DNA of 64,000 bases, from the IMG/VR virus record IMGVR_UViG_3300045988_087374, one strand, 5' to 3'. Position numbers and translations under genes: made by a program. Source of the stretch: a virus. Positions 9,716 through 17,872 of the stretch are shown here, in pieces. The notes beneath the pieces are model-generated. The model saw nothing but the letters and a program-made list of their open reading frames with translations, made no database searches and was not told the DNA's origin. Each line of letters begins with the position of its first letter. Within the stretch, counting starts at the first letter, position 1.

Positions 9716-10060
9716 ATGAGGAAGATTGAGAGATTGCTGATCGCAGTAGGAGTACTCTTTTTTGCAAGCTACATCATTCACTTGCCGATGTGCAATCAAG
9801 ATTATTTGTGTAAAAGCTCCATCCACTTGTCAGAGGATATGTACAAGCATTCAACCTTAAGCCAGAGCATAAAAGAGGTTCTAAGAACGAACGATATTGC
9901 AGAAAACATAGAAAATTCGTCAAAAGCGAACTTTATATTTGCGAAAGTAAAGGTTATATTTGAAATCACAAATATTCCAGTATACCACTGGCAACTTGCG
10001 AGGGGAAATTTGAATGCGTCCCGTTTTATTCCGTTTTATTGGACATATTATAAGGTATAA
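9716..10060 (+). CDS. hypothetical protein with N-terminal TM helix
   Basis: 114-aa ORF with AGAGG SD. No domain recognised. Confidence 0.45.
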   Translation: MRKIERLLIAVGVLFFASYIIHLPMCNQDYLCKSSIHLSEDMYKHSTLSQSIKEVLRTNDIAENIENSSKANFIFAKVKVIFEITNIPVYHWQLARGNLNASRFIPFYWTYYKV

Positions 10061-10146
10061 TACAAACATAAGTTCGGAACATATTTCCCACTGTCTGGAC
10101 ATATACTTTACTGTAGGCAGTAGTTTTCAAGCAGGGAGGGTTATTT

Positions 10147-10254
10147 ATGGATTATAAGAAAGAGATTATTGAATTATTAGATAAGGTAAAATTAGAAAGT
10201 ACTTTAAAAAGAGTATACAAGTTACTGGTATACTTATATTTAAGAGAAAAGTAG
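10147..10254 (+). CDS. hypothetical 35-aa protein
   Basis: ATG preceded by AGGGAGGG and followed directly by a strong hairpin terminator. Below the ORF-track size cut-off. Confidence 0.4.
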   Translation: MDYKKEIIELLDKVKLESTLKRVYKLLVYLYLREK

Positions 10255-10262
10255 CCTAAAAT

Positions 10263-10291
10263 GCCGCATCTGCTTTAACTGTAGATGCGGC
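10263..10291. terminator. bidirectional hairpin terminator
   Basis: GCCGCATCT-11 nt-AGATGCGGC between convergent genes. Confidence 0.6.
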
Positions 10292-10298
10292 ATAATAA

Positions 10299-10940
10299 TT
10301 ATTCTGTTTTTAAATCATCTGGCGATGCGGAGAAATAATATTCGAATTCGGAACTGTCATAATCGCCGCCCAACATTGAATTTATTTTGTCCGCAATAGA
10401 TGTTCCTAATTCCTCTCCGAATTCAGCATCTTCAACTTTTGTTCTTTTATATTCTGTAAAAATGTTTCCCCAGTCGTCTTGTGTGCCTGCATAGTAAATC
10501 TGGATGAGATCGCCATCTTCTTTAGGATTTAAGTAAGATAAGGCTTTATCTGTTACGTTTATCATACTTTTAGGAAAAAATACTTTTTGAACATCACAGG
10601 AATTAAAAACAGCATCATATATTTCAGTAATTCCTTCTTGAAAAATAACTGATTCAACATGAGAACTTCCAATTCCAATCTGGAAATCTGATAAATCTGT
10701 TGCATAGTCTGTTCCATCAATATTGTATGATGGAAGAATTTCCAAAATTTTACACTTGCCATCATAACCGTGCAATTTCACAGAGTTTCCTTCTATATCA
10801 TAATCAAAATCACTGATTACACCGTACTTTTCAGAATCATCCTTTTGAACTTCAACGCCAGTTACGCCGCCTGCATAAGTCGGAGTAGCAACTCCTAAAA
10901 CTGTAAAAGCACAAAATGCAATTAATAGCTTTTTCTTCAT
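10299..10940 (-). CDS. secreted leucine-rich-repeat (BspA-type) protein
   Basis: Signal peptide MKKKLLIAFCAFTVLGVATPTYAGG. LRR-like units VESVIFQEGITEIYDAVFNSCDVQKVFFPKSM. Confidence 0.8.
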   Translation of the reverse strand: MKKKLLIAFCAFTVLGVATPTYAGGVTGVEVQKDDSEKYGVISDFDYDIEGNSVKLHGYDGKCKILEILPSYNIDGTDYATDLSDFQIGIGSSHVESVIFQEGITEIYDAVFNSCDVQKVFFPKSMINVTDKALSYLNPKEDGDLIQIYYAGTQDDWGNIFTEYKRTKVEDAEFGEELGTSIADKINSMLGGDYDSSEFEYYFSASPDDLKTE

Positions 10941-11049
10941 AGATATTTCCTCCTTGATATTAGTTGCTTTTATTATATCACTATAAATTAAAACAACAAA
11001 GCAGAATATAAGAAAAGACCAGAGCTTTTTATTCTCTGGCCTTTCTTTT

Positions 11050-11406
11050 TTAATTGTTTTCCAATTCTGTTAGGATTTCTTGGAGTTGCTTCCAATGTTC
11101 ATCGCTGAGCTTTGCGAACTTTACAAGAATCTTCTTGGCAAATTCATTATCTCCGGTCATTACCGAATCCACGATAGCCTGCGCATCGCCATCGTCATCA
11201 CTTTGGAACATGTTTCCGATTCCCTTTACGAGCCAGTCGTAGTTGACTTTGAACTCTCGACAGATGTCTTTAATGGTTCGCTCCGATGGAGTTCTTTCTC
11301 CCTTTTCTATCATCCAAACAAAATTCTTGGATAATCCGATTTTATCAGCGAATTCATCTTGAGTCATCTTTGCAGTCTTTCTTATTTGCTGAATTCTGGT
11401 ATTCAC
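11050..11406 (-). CDS. CI-like XRE-family repressor
   Basis: HTH: MTQDEFADKIGLSKNFVWMIEKGERTPS. GTG 11406 has AAGGAGGTGAG upstream. The gene is divergent from the early operon. Confidence 0.85.
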   Translation of the reverse strand: MNTRIQQIRKTAKMTQDEFADKIGLSKNFVWMIEKGERTPSERTIKDICREFKVNYDWLVKGIGNMFQSDDDGDAQAIVDSVMTGDNEFAKKILVKFAKLSDEHWKQLQEILTELENN

Positions 11407-11548
11407 GTTCTCACCTCCTTTATCTAACTGCAAGTATATAATAATACAAGAATCTAACTAAGTCAAACTTTTTGTGAGATTTCTATTGACAAATCTAACT
11501 ATGTGAGATATTATAATAACACAAGTAATACAGAAAGGAGCGAGAGGA
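11407..11548. promoter_or_regulatory. immunity switch region with repeated operators and divergent promoters
   Basis: ATCTAACT at 11422, 11452 and 11493. TGTGAGAT at 11473 and 11502. TTGACA at 11486-11491 and TATAAT at 11512-11517. Confidence 0.6.
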
Positions 11549-11710
11549 ATGACAGGTGATAGACGAGAGGCGTTTAGAAAAATGGTAGAACGTTTTAATA
11601 ATCTGCCGGAGAAAAAACAAGATCAAATGCTCTGGTATGGAAAAGCAATCCTCGATATAGAGGAAAGCGAATCCGGTAAAAAAGAACCTGTGGCAGTAAA
11701 AAGTGATTAA
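11549..11710 (+). CDS. hypothetical 53-aa first early gene (Cro position)
   Basis: AAAGGAG SD then ATG. Below the track cut-off. No clear HTH. Confidence 0.5.
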   Translation: MTGDRREAFRKMVERFNNLPEKKQDQMLWYGKAILDIEESESGKKEPVAVKSD

Positions 11711-11722
11711 GAAAGGAGACGC

Positions 11723-12496
11723 ATGAACGAATTAATATCAATTAATTACGATGATGAAGAGCCAACTATTTCCGCAAGAGATTTGCATAAAGCATTAGAT
11801 GTACAATCAAGGTTTAGCAGATGGTTTGATTCAAACAGGGAACTGTTTGTTGAAGGCGAGGATTATAACAAGTGTACATCGAGTACGGTTGTTAATAACG
11901 GGGCTGTTAGGGAACTTGAAGATTATAAAATCACAGTGCTCATGGCAAAACACTTAGCAATGATGTCCAGAACTGAAAAAGGAAAGCAAATCAGGGATTA
12001 TCTCATCGACCTTGAAAAAGCATGGAACACACCAGAACAGGTTTTTGCCAGAGCATTGAAGATGGCAGACCAGACGATTGCAAAACTGAAAGGTTCGGTT
12101 GAAACATTGACAGCCGAAGTTAGCGTCAAGAACCAGATCATCGGAGAACTTAAACCGAAAGCAGATTACTACGATGAAATTTTAAAGAACCCGGGATTAG
12201 TTACAATTACCCAGATTGCAAAAGATTACGGAATGTCTGGCAAAAAGATGAATGATATCTTACACGACTTGGGAATCCAGTACAAGCAGAGCGGTCAGTG
12301 GTTGCTGTATGACAAGTATTCAAAGAATGGGTACACACATTCAGAAACTGTAGATATCGTCAGGTCAGATGGAAGACGTGATGTGAAGATGAACACCAAA
12401 TGGAAACAGAAGGGTAGAATTTTTCTTTACAACATGTTCAAAGAAAAAGGCATTGTTCCAATGATTGAGCAGGAAGATGCCCAGATGACAATGTAG
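11723..12496 (+). CDS. phage antirepressor (AntA-like N-domain + KilA-C/ANT C-domain)
   Basis: ISARDLHKALDVQSRFSRWF at the N-terminus. ADYYDEILKNPGLVTITQIAKDYGMSGKKMN at the C-terminus. Confidence 0.8.
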   Translation: MNELISINYDDEEPTISARDLHKALDVQSRFSRWFDSNRELFVEGEDYNKCTSSTVVNNGAVRELEDYKITVLMAKHLAMMSRTEKGKQIRDYLIDLEKAWNTPEQVFARALKMADQTIAKLKGSVETLTAEVSVKNQIIGELKPKADYYDEILKNPGLVTITQIAKDYGMSGKKMNDILHDLGIQYKQSGQWLLYDKYSKNGYTHSETVDIVRSDGRRDVKMNTKWKQKGRIFLYNMFKEKGIVPMIEQEDAQMTM

Positions 12497-12507
12497 GAGG
12501 GAGCATA

Positions 12508-12711
12508 ATGAAAGAAAAGACAATTATCAAATTAAAGAGCGGAGATGTGTTTGAAATTGACGGATCTTATGGTGATCTTGTTAGACCATCTATGTATCCA
12601 GATATGATTATGTTGGAATTTGATAAGAATGGAGAAAACCATTTGCTGAAAATTTGTTTAAATGATGTGCTCTATGTGGACACAATCACACAAAGCACAT
12701 CCGATGATTAA
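12508..12711 (+). CDS. hypothetical protein
   Basis: 67-aa ORF with GGAGGGAG SD. Confidence 0.6.
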   Translation: MKEKTIIKLKSGDVFEIDGSYGDLVRPSMYPDMIMLEFDKNGENHLLKICLNDVLYVDTITQSTSDD

Positions 12712-12884
12712 GCGTGTGGTGGTTTTATTGCATTTGCTTTGGCTAGTTTGATCGGTTCTTTTGACAGGATATTAAGAAATTCTTCGTTGTATTCGTGGTA
12801 CAACTTAATGATTTCTTTGGTGTCAGAACCATCTTTAACAGATTTAGCAACAGCCAGATCATGAGCAATTTGATTAATATCCAT
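12708..12884 (-). CDS. hypothetical 58-aa protein, antisense cassette A
   Basis: Hand-translated: MDINQIAHDLAVAKSVKDGSDTKEIIKLYHEYNEEFLNILSKEPIKLAKANAIKPPHA. GGAGGTG SD lies 6 nt upstream. Not in the track (<60 aa). Confidence 0.55.
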   Translation of the reverse strand: MDINQIAHDLAVAKSVKDGSDTKEIIKLYHEYNEEFLNILSKEPIKLAKANAIKPPHA

Positions 12885-12909
12885 TGGTCACACCTCCTTC
12901 CTATAGGAG

Positions 12910-12918
12910 ATTATAACA
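12910..12918 (-). promoter_or_regulatory. extended -10 promoter TGTTATAAT for cassette A
   Basis: Reverse complement of ATTATAACA, about 25 nt upstream of the minus-strand ATG. Confidence 0.5.
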
Positions 12919-12932
12919 TAGAAAGGAATGAT

Positions 12933-13157
12933 ATGTTGGAAGAAACTAATGCATTACTCGAGCAGATTTTGGAAGAACTTAAAGCTATTCGGAAAGAAGT
13001 TGCCCCTACGAGAACAAAAAAAGTAACGCACACAGCAAATATCTCCGGGAAGACAATTACCGAATGCGTTACAGATGGAGTTAGTTCTGCGATTCAGAAA
13101 TCCATTCGTGATACTGACGAAGTAGATTCACAGCAATTGAAGCAGATAATCCAGTAA
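12933..13157 (+). CDS. hypothetical coiled-coil protein
   Basis: Start moved to MLEETNALLEQ (AAAGGA SD). The upstream part of track ORF 12795 is antisense to cassette A. The 3' 77 nt overlap cassette B. Confidence 0.5.
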   Translation: MLEETNALLEQILEELKAIRKEVAPTRTKKVTHTANISGKTITECVTDGVSSAIQKSIRDTDEVDSQQLKQIIQ

Positions 13158-13257
13158 TTGCAGATACGAAGTTGTCTGTGTCTTCAATTGCGTCGGCTGT
13201 TGGCAGAATCAGCTTTTTCATATCAATGGTTTTTAAGAAATCATCAAAATCTTTCAT
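13081..13257 (-). CDS. hypothetical 58-aa protein, antisense cassette B
   Basis: Hand-translated: MKDFDDFLKTIDMKKLILPTADAIEDTDNFVSAITGLSASIAVNLLRQYHEWISESQN. GGGAGGTG SD lies 5 nt upstream. Same length as cassette A. Confidence 0.5.
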   Translation of the reverse strand: MKDFDDFLKTIDMKKLILPTADAIEDTDNFVSAITGLSASIAVNLLRQYHEWISESQN

Positions 13258-13280
13258 ATTAGCACCTCCCTTCGAGGGAG

Positions 13281-13289
13281 ATTATACCA
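13281..13289 (-). promoter_or_regulatory. extended -10 promoter TGGTATAAT for cassette B
   Basis: Reverse complement of ATTATACCA, within a ~45-nt block repeated from 12886-12932. Confidence 0.5.
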
Positions 13290-13305
13290 CAGAAAGGAGC
13301 ATAGC

Positions 13306-13563
13306 ATGAGTGATTTTAATGCAAAAGTAGATGTCCTGTATCAACTGTGCAGGAAGGCGCAGGAAAGAAATCGCATGACTGTAAATTTTAGCGTTACAAA
13401 TTATGAATACGGTCGATTTATGAGCGTTAGTATCTACGATGAATTATTTGATGGCGATCAAGAAGGAGTTATGTATGACATTTCGGAAAATGGATATCAG
13501 CAAGAAGAAAACTTCATCAAATCCAAAGAGCATCTTGAAAGAATTTTAAGGGAGGGGGAATAA
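13306..13563 (+). CDS. hypothetical protein
   Basis: 85-aa ORF with AAAGGAG SD. Confidence 0.65.
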   Translation: MSDFNAKVDVLYQLCRKAQERNRMTVNFSVTNYEYGRFMSVSIYDELFDGDQEGVMYDISENGYQQEENFIKSKEHLERILREGE

Positions 13564-13567
13564 GTGA

Positions 13568-13735
13568 ATGAATAAAAACACTTACGAACCAGAAACTCTC
13601 GAAGAGGAATTTGCTTTTCTGGTAGGGAGAGTAGCGGCACTCGAATCCGTAATGAACAAGGATGACAGCGACTACATTAAAAAAGAAGATGTGGCTGCGA
13701 TTCTTGGAATTGAGTTCAAAGGTAAAGAAGAGTAA
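13568..13735 (+). CDS. hypothetical 55-aa protein
   Basis: ATG 4 nt after the previous stop. Below the track cut-off. Confidence 0.45.
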   Translation: MNKNTYEPETLEEEFAFLVGRVAALESVMNKDDSDYIKKEDVAAILGIEFKGKEE

Positions 13736-13869
13736 GGTTTGGCTCCGCGGGTACGGCGAATACCACGCAGAGCCGCGTATCTAACTTAATTGGGTAAGTT
13801 AAATACAGGTAAAGTATAACATACCTTCCTGTATTTGAAAAGAAAAAATAAACCAGGAGGGCATTTTTT

Positions 13870-14013
13870 ATGTCAAAAATCAAAGAAAACAAAACTCTTG
13901 CAAGTGAAATTATCGCAGATCAGGAGTCAAAAAACAAGAAGATGGAACTCGCAGTTGTAGCATTATCTGTTGCGTTGCTCGCAACGGTGGTCACGAAAGG
14001 AAAAGGAAAATGA
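13870..14013 (+). CDS. 47-aa tail-anchored membrane peptide
   Basis: AGGAGGG SD. C-terminal TM LAVVALSVALLATVV. ATGA overlap with the next gene. Confidence 0.5.
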   Translation: MSKIKENKTLASEIIADQESKNKKMELAVVALSVALLATVVTKGKGK

Positions 14014-14201
14014 GCAAAGTTTTGTGCTTTATGGGAATTATGGCAGAAATAGGAGTGTTTTCCACAGTGGCAATCGTGCTGTGGTGGATAAGTGGAATGG
14101 ATGTATGGAAAATCCTGTGCATCAGTGCAGCTGCTTCAAGTCTTATTTCCCTTCCCATAATGCTCCAGATCGAGAGGTGGATAGATGGGAGAAAGCAATA
14201 A
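14010..14201 (+). CDS. 63-aa two-TM membrane protein
   Basis: MSKVLCFMGIMAEIGVFSTVAIVLWWISG...ILCISAAASSLISLPIML. Confidence 0.55.
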   Translation: MSKVLCFMGIMAEIGVFSTVAIVLWWISGMDVWKILCISAAASSLISLPIMLQIERWIDGRKQ

Positions 14202-14808
14202 AGCCACAGTAGTTGGAAGGTTCACAAAAGGATTTACCTATAGCTACTGTATGCATGGCGAAAATTTCTATACCACAGAAATTGCGGCAGAGCGGTTGAG
14301 CGGAAATTATGATTATATTCCGGTTACAATTTCCGAGCATCTAATTGATACGAGAGAGAACTTCACTGGAGAACCAGTGGAGCTTGTGGGAGATTTTCGT
14401 TCCTATAATAAGCAGGGAAAGAACCGAAGTCATCTAATCCTTACCTTGATGGCACAGGAGATCACGTTCGTAGATGATTCAGAAGCGTTTCCAGAGGACA
14501 AGATATTCCTTGATGGATTCATCTGCAAGCCGCCTACATACAGGAGAACTCCTCTTGGAAGAGAAATCGCAGAAATATTACTTGCAGTGAACAGGCCTTA
14601 CGAAAGATCAGATTATATACCGTGTATCTGCTGGGGAAGAAATGCGAGATGGGCAAGGAAACTTCCGGTTGGAATTGGGCTTACCATACATGGAAGAATC
14701 CAGAGCCGGGAATATGGAAAAGAATCCAAAATGGCATATGAAGTATCAATTAATAATATGGGAGTGAGAATTAATGAAAACAGTGGAATTAAAGCAGCTC
14801 AGTGTTGA
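14185..14808 (+). CDS. tandem OB-fold SSB-like protein
   Basis: Two SSB-like halves (VVGRFTKGF...LVGDFRSYNK and FLDGFICKPPTYRRTP...IHGRIQSREY). No acidic tail. Confidence 0.7.
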   Translation: MGESNKATVVGRFTKGFTYSYCMHGENFYTTEIAAERLSGNYDYIPVTISEHLIDTRENFTGEPVELVGDFRSYNKQGKNRSHLILTLMAQEITFVDDSEAFPEDKIFLDGFICKPPTYRRTPLGREIAEILLAVNRPYERSDYIPCICWGRNARWARKLPVGIGLTIHGRIQSREYGKESKMAYEVSINNMGVRINENSGIKAAQC

Positions 14809-16735
14809 GAACTATAAAAAATTAGAGTCTGCATCTTACCAGTTTGCACCAAGAACAATGGTATCTGGAAGAAACAGGCAGGGAAAGTCTACGTTGATGG
14901 ATGCGTATTTCGACACGCTGACAGGAAAATTGGCAGACGGTACACTTCCGAGCAACGTCAGAAGAAAAGTTGACGGTGAGGAAGTCGAAGGTGACATTAT
15001 CAGAGAATTAGTTCTTCTTATTGGCGGAACAGAAACCGTGATCCGCAAGGAAACGAAGAAAGGTAAATCTTCCAGCACCACAAAGTATCAGGTGGATGGG
15101 TTTGATTATAATAAGAAGAAATTTGAAGAATATCTGAGCAGTATTGCAGACCCGGAAGTAATTCTGATGTGTAGTAATGCCAGAATATTTCTGAACGAAA
15201 TCCGAAAATCTTCAGTGGGAGCAAAAGGACTTCTTGAAAAAATGGCGGGATTTGATATTGCAGAATTTATGAAAAAACATTCCGAAGTATCGAAAATCAC
15301 AAAAGGTCATTCGGTAGAAGAAACTATGAGGAAGCTCAGTAAAGAACGGCTTAATCAGAAGAAGGAACTGGATGCTAAGAAATCCGAACTTCAGTCTGCA
15401 AGAAGCAAGGAAATTGAGTGTGTAGACCGAACAGAAGAGAGAGAAAACCTTCTGGACAAACTGAGTGAATTAAAGCAGAAGATGCAGCAGTTGTCGGATT
15501 CCAGTAAAGCATACGACGAACTGTCCTATGAGATTACAGGATTGAAGAAATCCATGAATGCACTGGTTGCGGATGCAGAGAAAGAACGAAGAAATGTAGC
15601 TTCCTTATATAATGACCGCGTATTCAAGAAAAAACAGGAAGAAGAAAATCTTCGCACACTTGAAAATCTTCTGGCAACTGCCGAAAAACCGGAACGTATA
15701 CAACAGAGAATCACGGTATTGCAGGAGAAATACAAACAGGCATATGCGTCCAGTTTTGACGATTCTGCACTGAAAGAAATCGAAGCAGAGGAATTCAATC
15801 CGGAATCAACCATTTGCCCGACTTGTGGTCAGAATCTTCCAGAAGATCAGATTGAACAGCTTAAGTCCAATTTCGAGAGGATTAAACAGATCAGAATTGA
15901 TGCAGAACTGAAAAAGAAAGAACAGTTCGAAAAAGACAAACAGCAGAAACTCAGAGAAATCAATGAAGATGGACAAGCGGAAGTTGCCAGAAAGAAAGAA
16001 GTAGACAAGTCACGCGGAGAACTGGAATCCCAGATTGAGCAGACAAAACAGAGCATTGTAACACTTGCATCCGAGGTTGTTCAGATTAAGCAGAGATGGA
16101 AAAGTATGCCGGAAGAACCGGATATGTCAGGTAATGAAGAATACCAGGCATTGCTAGCCGAAGTCCAGAAGAAGCAGGAGCAGATGGACAGCATGGCAAA
16201 TAACTCCGGTGAGAAAGAAACTGTCATGCAAGAACGGATGGAAGTAGAACGTCAGTTAGCACAGATAGACGCGGACATTCGGCAGCAGGAGAAAATGAAG
16301 CAGGAAAAAGCAGACGAAATCGAACGGTTGACAAAAGAACAGAGAGAAATTTCCCAGAAAGAATCCGATGTTCAGTCACAGATTGATTTGCTGAAAGAAT
16401 TTTCCATCCAGAAGAATCAGGCACTTGCGGATACAATCAATCCACACTTTAAACATTTCCAGTTCCAGTTTTTAGACTACACACAGGACGGAGAACCAGT
16501 GGAAGTATGCCGGATGATCGTAGATGGTATTGATTACTTCAACGGGCTGAACCACTCTGATCAGATTCTGTGCAACATTGATCTTGTGGCAGGATTACAG
16601 GAACTGAACGGTTTGAACTTGCCAATTTGGGTTGACGATGCAGAATCTGTGAATGAAGAACGATTCCCAAAGATGGAACAGCAGGTTATTTATTTGAAAG
16701 TATCTGACAACGAGTTGAAAGTGGAGGGATTCTAA
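14774..16735 (+). CDS. Rad50/SbcC-like AAA ATPase with coiled coil and CxxC hook
   Basis: Walker A GRNRQGKST, a ~400-aa Glu/Lys coiled coil with CPTCGQ, and Walker B LPIWVDDAES. Confidence 0.85.
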   Translation: MKTVELKQLSVENYKKLESASYQFAPRTMVSGRNRQGKSTLMDAYFDTLTGKLADGTLPSNVRRKVDGEEVEGDIIRELVLLIGGTETVIRKETKKGKSSSTTKYQVDGFDYNKKKFEEYLSSIADPEVILMCSNARIFLNEIRKSSVGAKGLLEKMAGFDIAEFMKKHSEVSKITKGHSVEETMRKLSKERLNQKKELDAKKSELQSARSKEIECVDRTEERENLLDKLSELKQKMQQLSDSSKAYDELSYEITGLKKSMNALVADAEKERRNVASLYNDRVFKKKQEEENLRTLENLLATAEKPERIQQRITVLQEKYKQAYASSFDDSALKEIEAEEFNPESTICPTCGQNLPEDQIEQLKSNFERIKQIRIDAELKKKEQFEKDKQQKLREINEDGQAEVARKKEVDKSRGELESQIEQTKQSIVTLASEVVQIKQRWKSMPEEPDMSGNEEYQALLAEVQKKQEQMDSMANNSGEKETVMQERMEVERQLAQIDADIRQQEKMKQEKADEIERLTKEQREISQKESDVQSQIDLLKEFSIQKNQALADTINPHFKHFQFQFLDYTQDGEPVEVCRMIVDGIDYFNGLNHSDQILCNIDLVAGLQELNGLNLPIWVDDAESVNEERFPKMEQQVIYLKVSDNELKVEGF

Positions 16736-16736
16736 C

Positions 16737-16967
16737 ATGACGTACAATATTCCAGAAGCTATCAAGGCACAGGAACAATTCTGTGACAAGAACGAATATC
16801 CATGTTTTGCACCGGATAATGGCATCTGTTGGGATTGCCATCAGAATATCTATTCCGAAAATGGTAGAACCAGATACGGCAAGGAAACACATGGTATTTC
16901 GGTGGAAAGTGCCGGACATTATCTGATTACAGGATGCCCGTTTTGCAGTAGAAGCTATTGCGATTGA
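16737..16967 (+). CDS. Cys-rich zinc-binding protein
   Basis: 76 aa with CWDC and CPFC pairs. Confidence 0.65.
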   Translation: MTYNIPEAIKAQEQFCDKNEYPCFAPDNGICWDCHQNIYSENGRTRYGKETHGISVESAGHYLITGCPFCSRSYCD

Positions 16968-17275
16968 GTTAAAACAGCTAGCACGGAAAAGCAACGGAAC
17001 TGCTTAGGAGAGCCAAGAACAGTGAAGGAACGGTACAGATAAGAAACGTTGCGGAAATGAGTGGTATAGACATGCAGGGGAAATGAAATGCAGTGAGAGG
17101 CCCAGTAGAGCAAAGGAATTGAAAAGCAAGGTAAAGTAGAGCGGTGGAAAAGCAAGGCAAAGTGGAGTGCTGGAAATGCGTAGAAAGGCAACGCTGGGCG
17201 TAGGCAAAGTGGAGTGGCGAGAGGTCATGCAGTCTGATGCAAAGCAATAATTCATAAAAAAGGAGAAAAATTGAG
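16968..17275 (+). other. purine-rich ORF-free leader R1 (candidate structured RNA or regulatory leader)
   Basis: Hand count on 16981-17220: 63 pyrimidines in 240 nt. 17007-17191 contains no TTA/CTA/TCA. Ends in AAAAGGAGAA SD. Confidence 0.5.
17126..17223 (+). repeat. degenerate 26-nt tandem repeats GCAAGGyAAAGTrGAGyGsTGGAAA
   Basis: Copies at 17126-17151 and 17152-17177, and a third related copy at 17198-17223. No intervening spacers. Confidence 0.6.
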
Positions 17276-17872
17276 ATGAAAGAAATGAAAGTTAGATTAA
17301 CATTTTTAGAGGAAGTTCTGGGAACTGCAAATGCAGAAAGAGATATTCACGAGAAGTTCATTGCATCTAAAGCACCAGATGCACCTTCTAGAGAACAGGA
17401 AGTTGAAGCCCTTGGAGTTGAAGAAGTTGTCGAAAAAGGAAGAACAGTGTTCCCGAAAGATGAAAACGGCAATCCGTTCTTATGGGACTATCAGATCAGA
17501 GGATTTTTCAAATCAGCTGCACAGGCAGGTTCCTACGTGGGTGGAACAAAGAAACTCGCAGCATACAAAAAGAAAATCGACTTACTGGTATTTGTGAATG
17601 AACGAAAGATTCCATTTATTCTTCCAGAAGGTACAGGACTTTCTGATTGCCAGAGACCATTGAGAGCACAGACAGCACAGGGCGAAAGAATTTCTTTAGC
17701 AGACAGTGAAACCGTACCGGCAGGTTCGACAGTAGAATTCACAATCAAAGTACTGGACGATTCACTGATGAAATATGTAATCGACTGGCTTGATTATGGG
17801 CAGTTCAATGGTATTGGTCAGTGGCGAAACTCAGGTAAAGGCCGTTTCAAATGGACTGAAATCACGAAATAA
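17276..17872 (+). CDS. hypothetical protein of the recombination module (RAMP-like glycine-rich C-terminus, or a PD-(D/E)XK-like nuclease)
   Basis: 198 aa. VRLTFLEEVLGT, IRGFFKSAAQ, IDLLVFVNERK, and C-terminal GIGQWRNSGKGRFKW. Confidence 0.8.
   Translation: MKEMKVRLTFLEEVLGTANAERDIHEKFIASKAPDAPSREQEVEALGVEEVVEKGRTVFPKDENGNPFLWDYQIRGFFKSAAQAGSYVGGTKKLAAYKKKIDLLVFVNERKIPFILPEGTGLSDCQRPLRAQTAQGERISLADSETVPAGSTVEFTIKVLDDSLMKYVIDWLDYGQFNGIGQWRNSGKGRFKWTEITK

Noticed and set aside
17126-17223. Possible CRISPR-like array because of ~26-nt repeats next to a RAMP-like protein
   Set aside because: The repeats are degenerate and directly abutting, with no unique spacers. No cas genes are present and the region is only about 100 nt long.
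16955-17255. Three overlapping minus-strand ORFs (78-89 aa) in all three frames, and the similar set at 17818-18212
   Set aside because: They are an artefact of the purine-rich plus strand, which lacks TTA/CTA/TCA. They are low-complexity Ser/Phe/Leu/Pro translations with no ribosome-binding sites.
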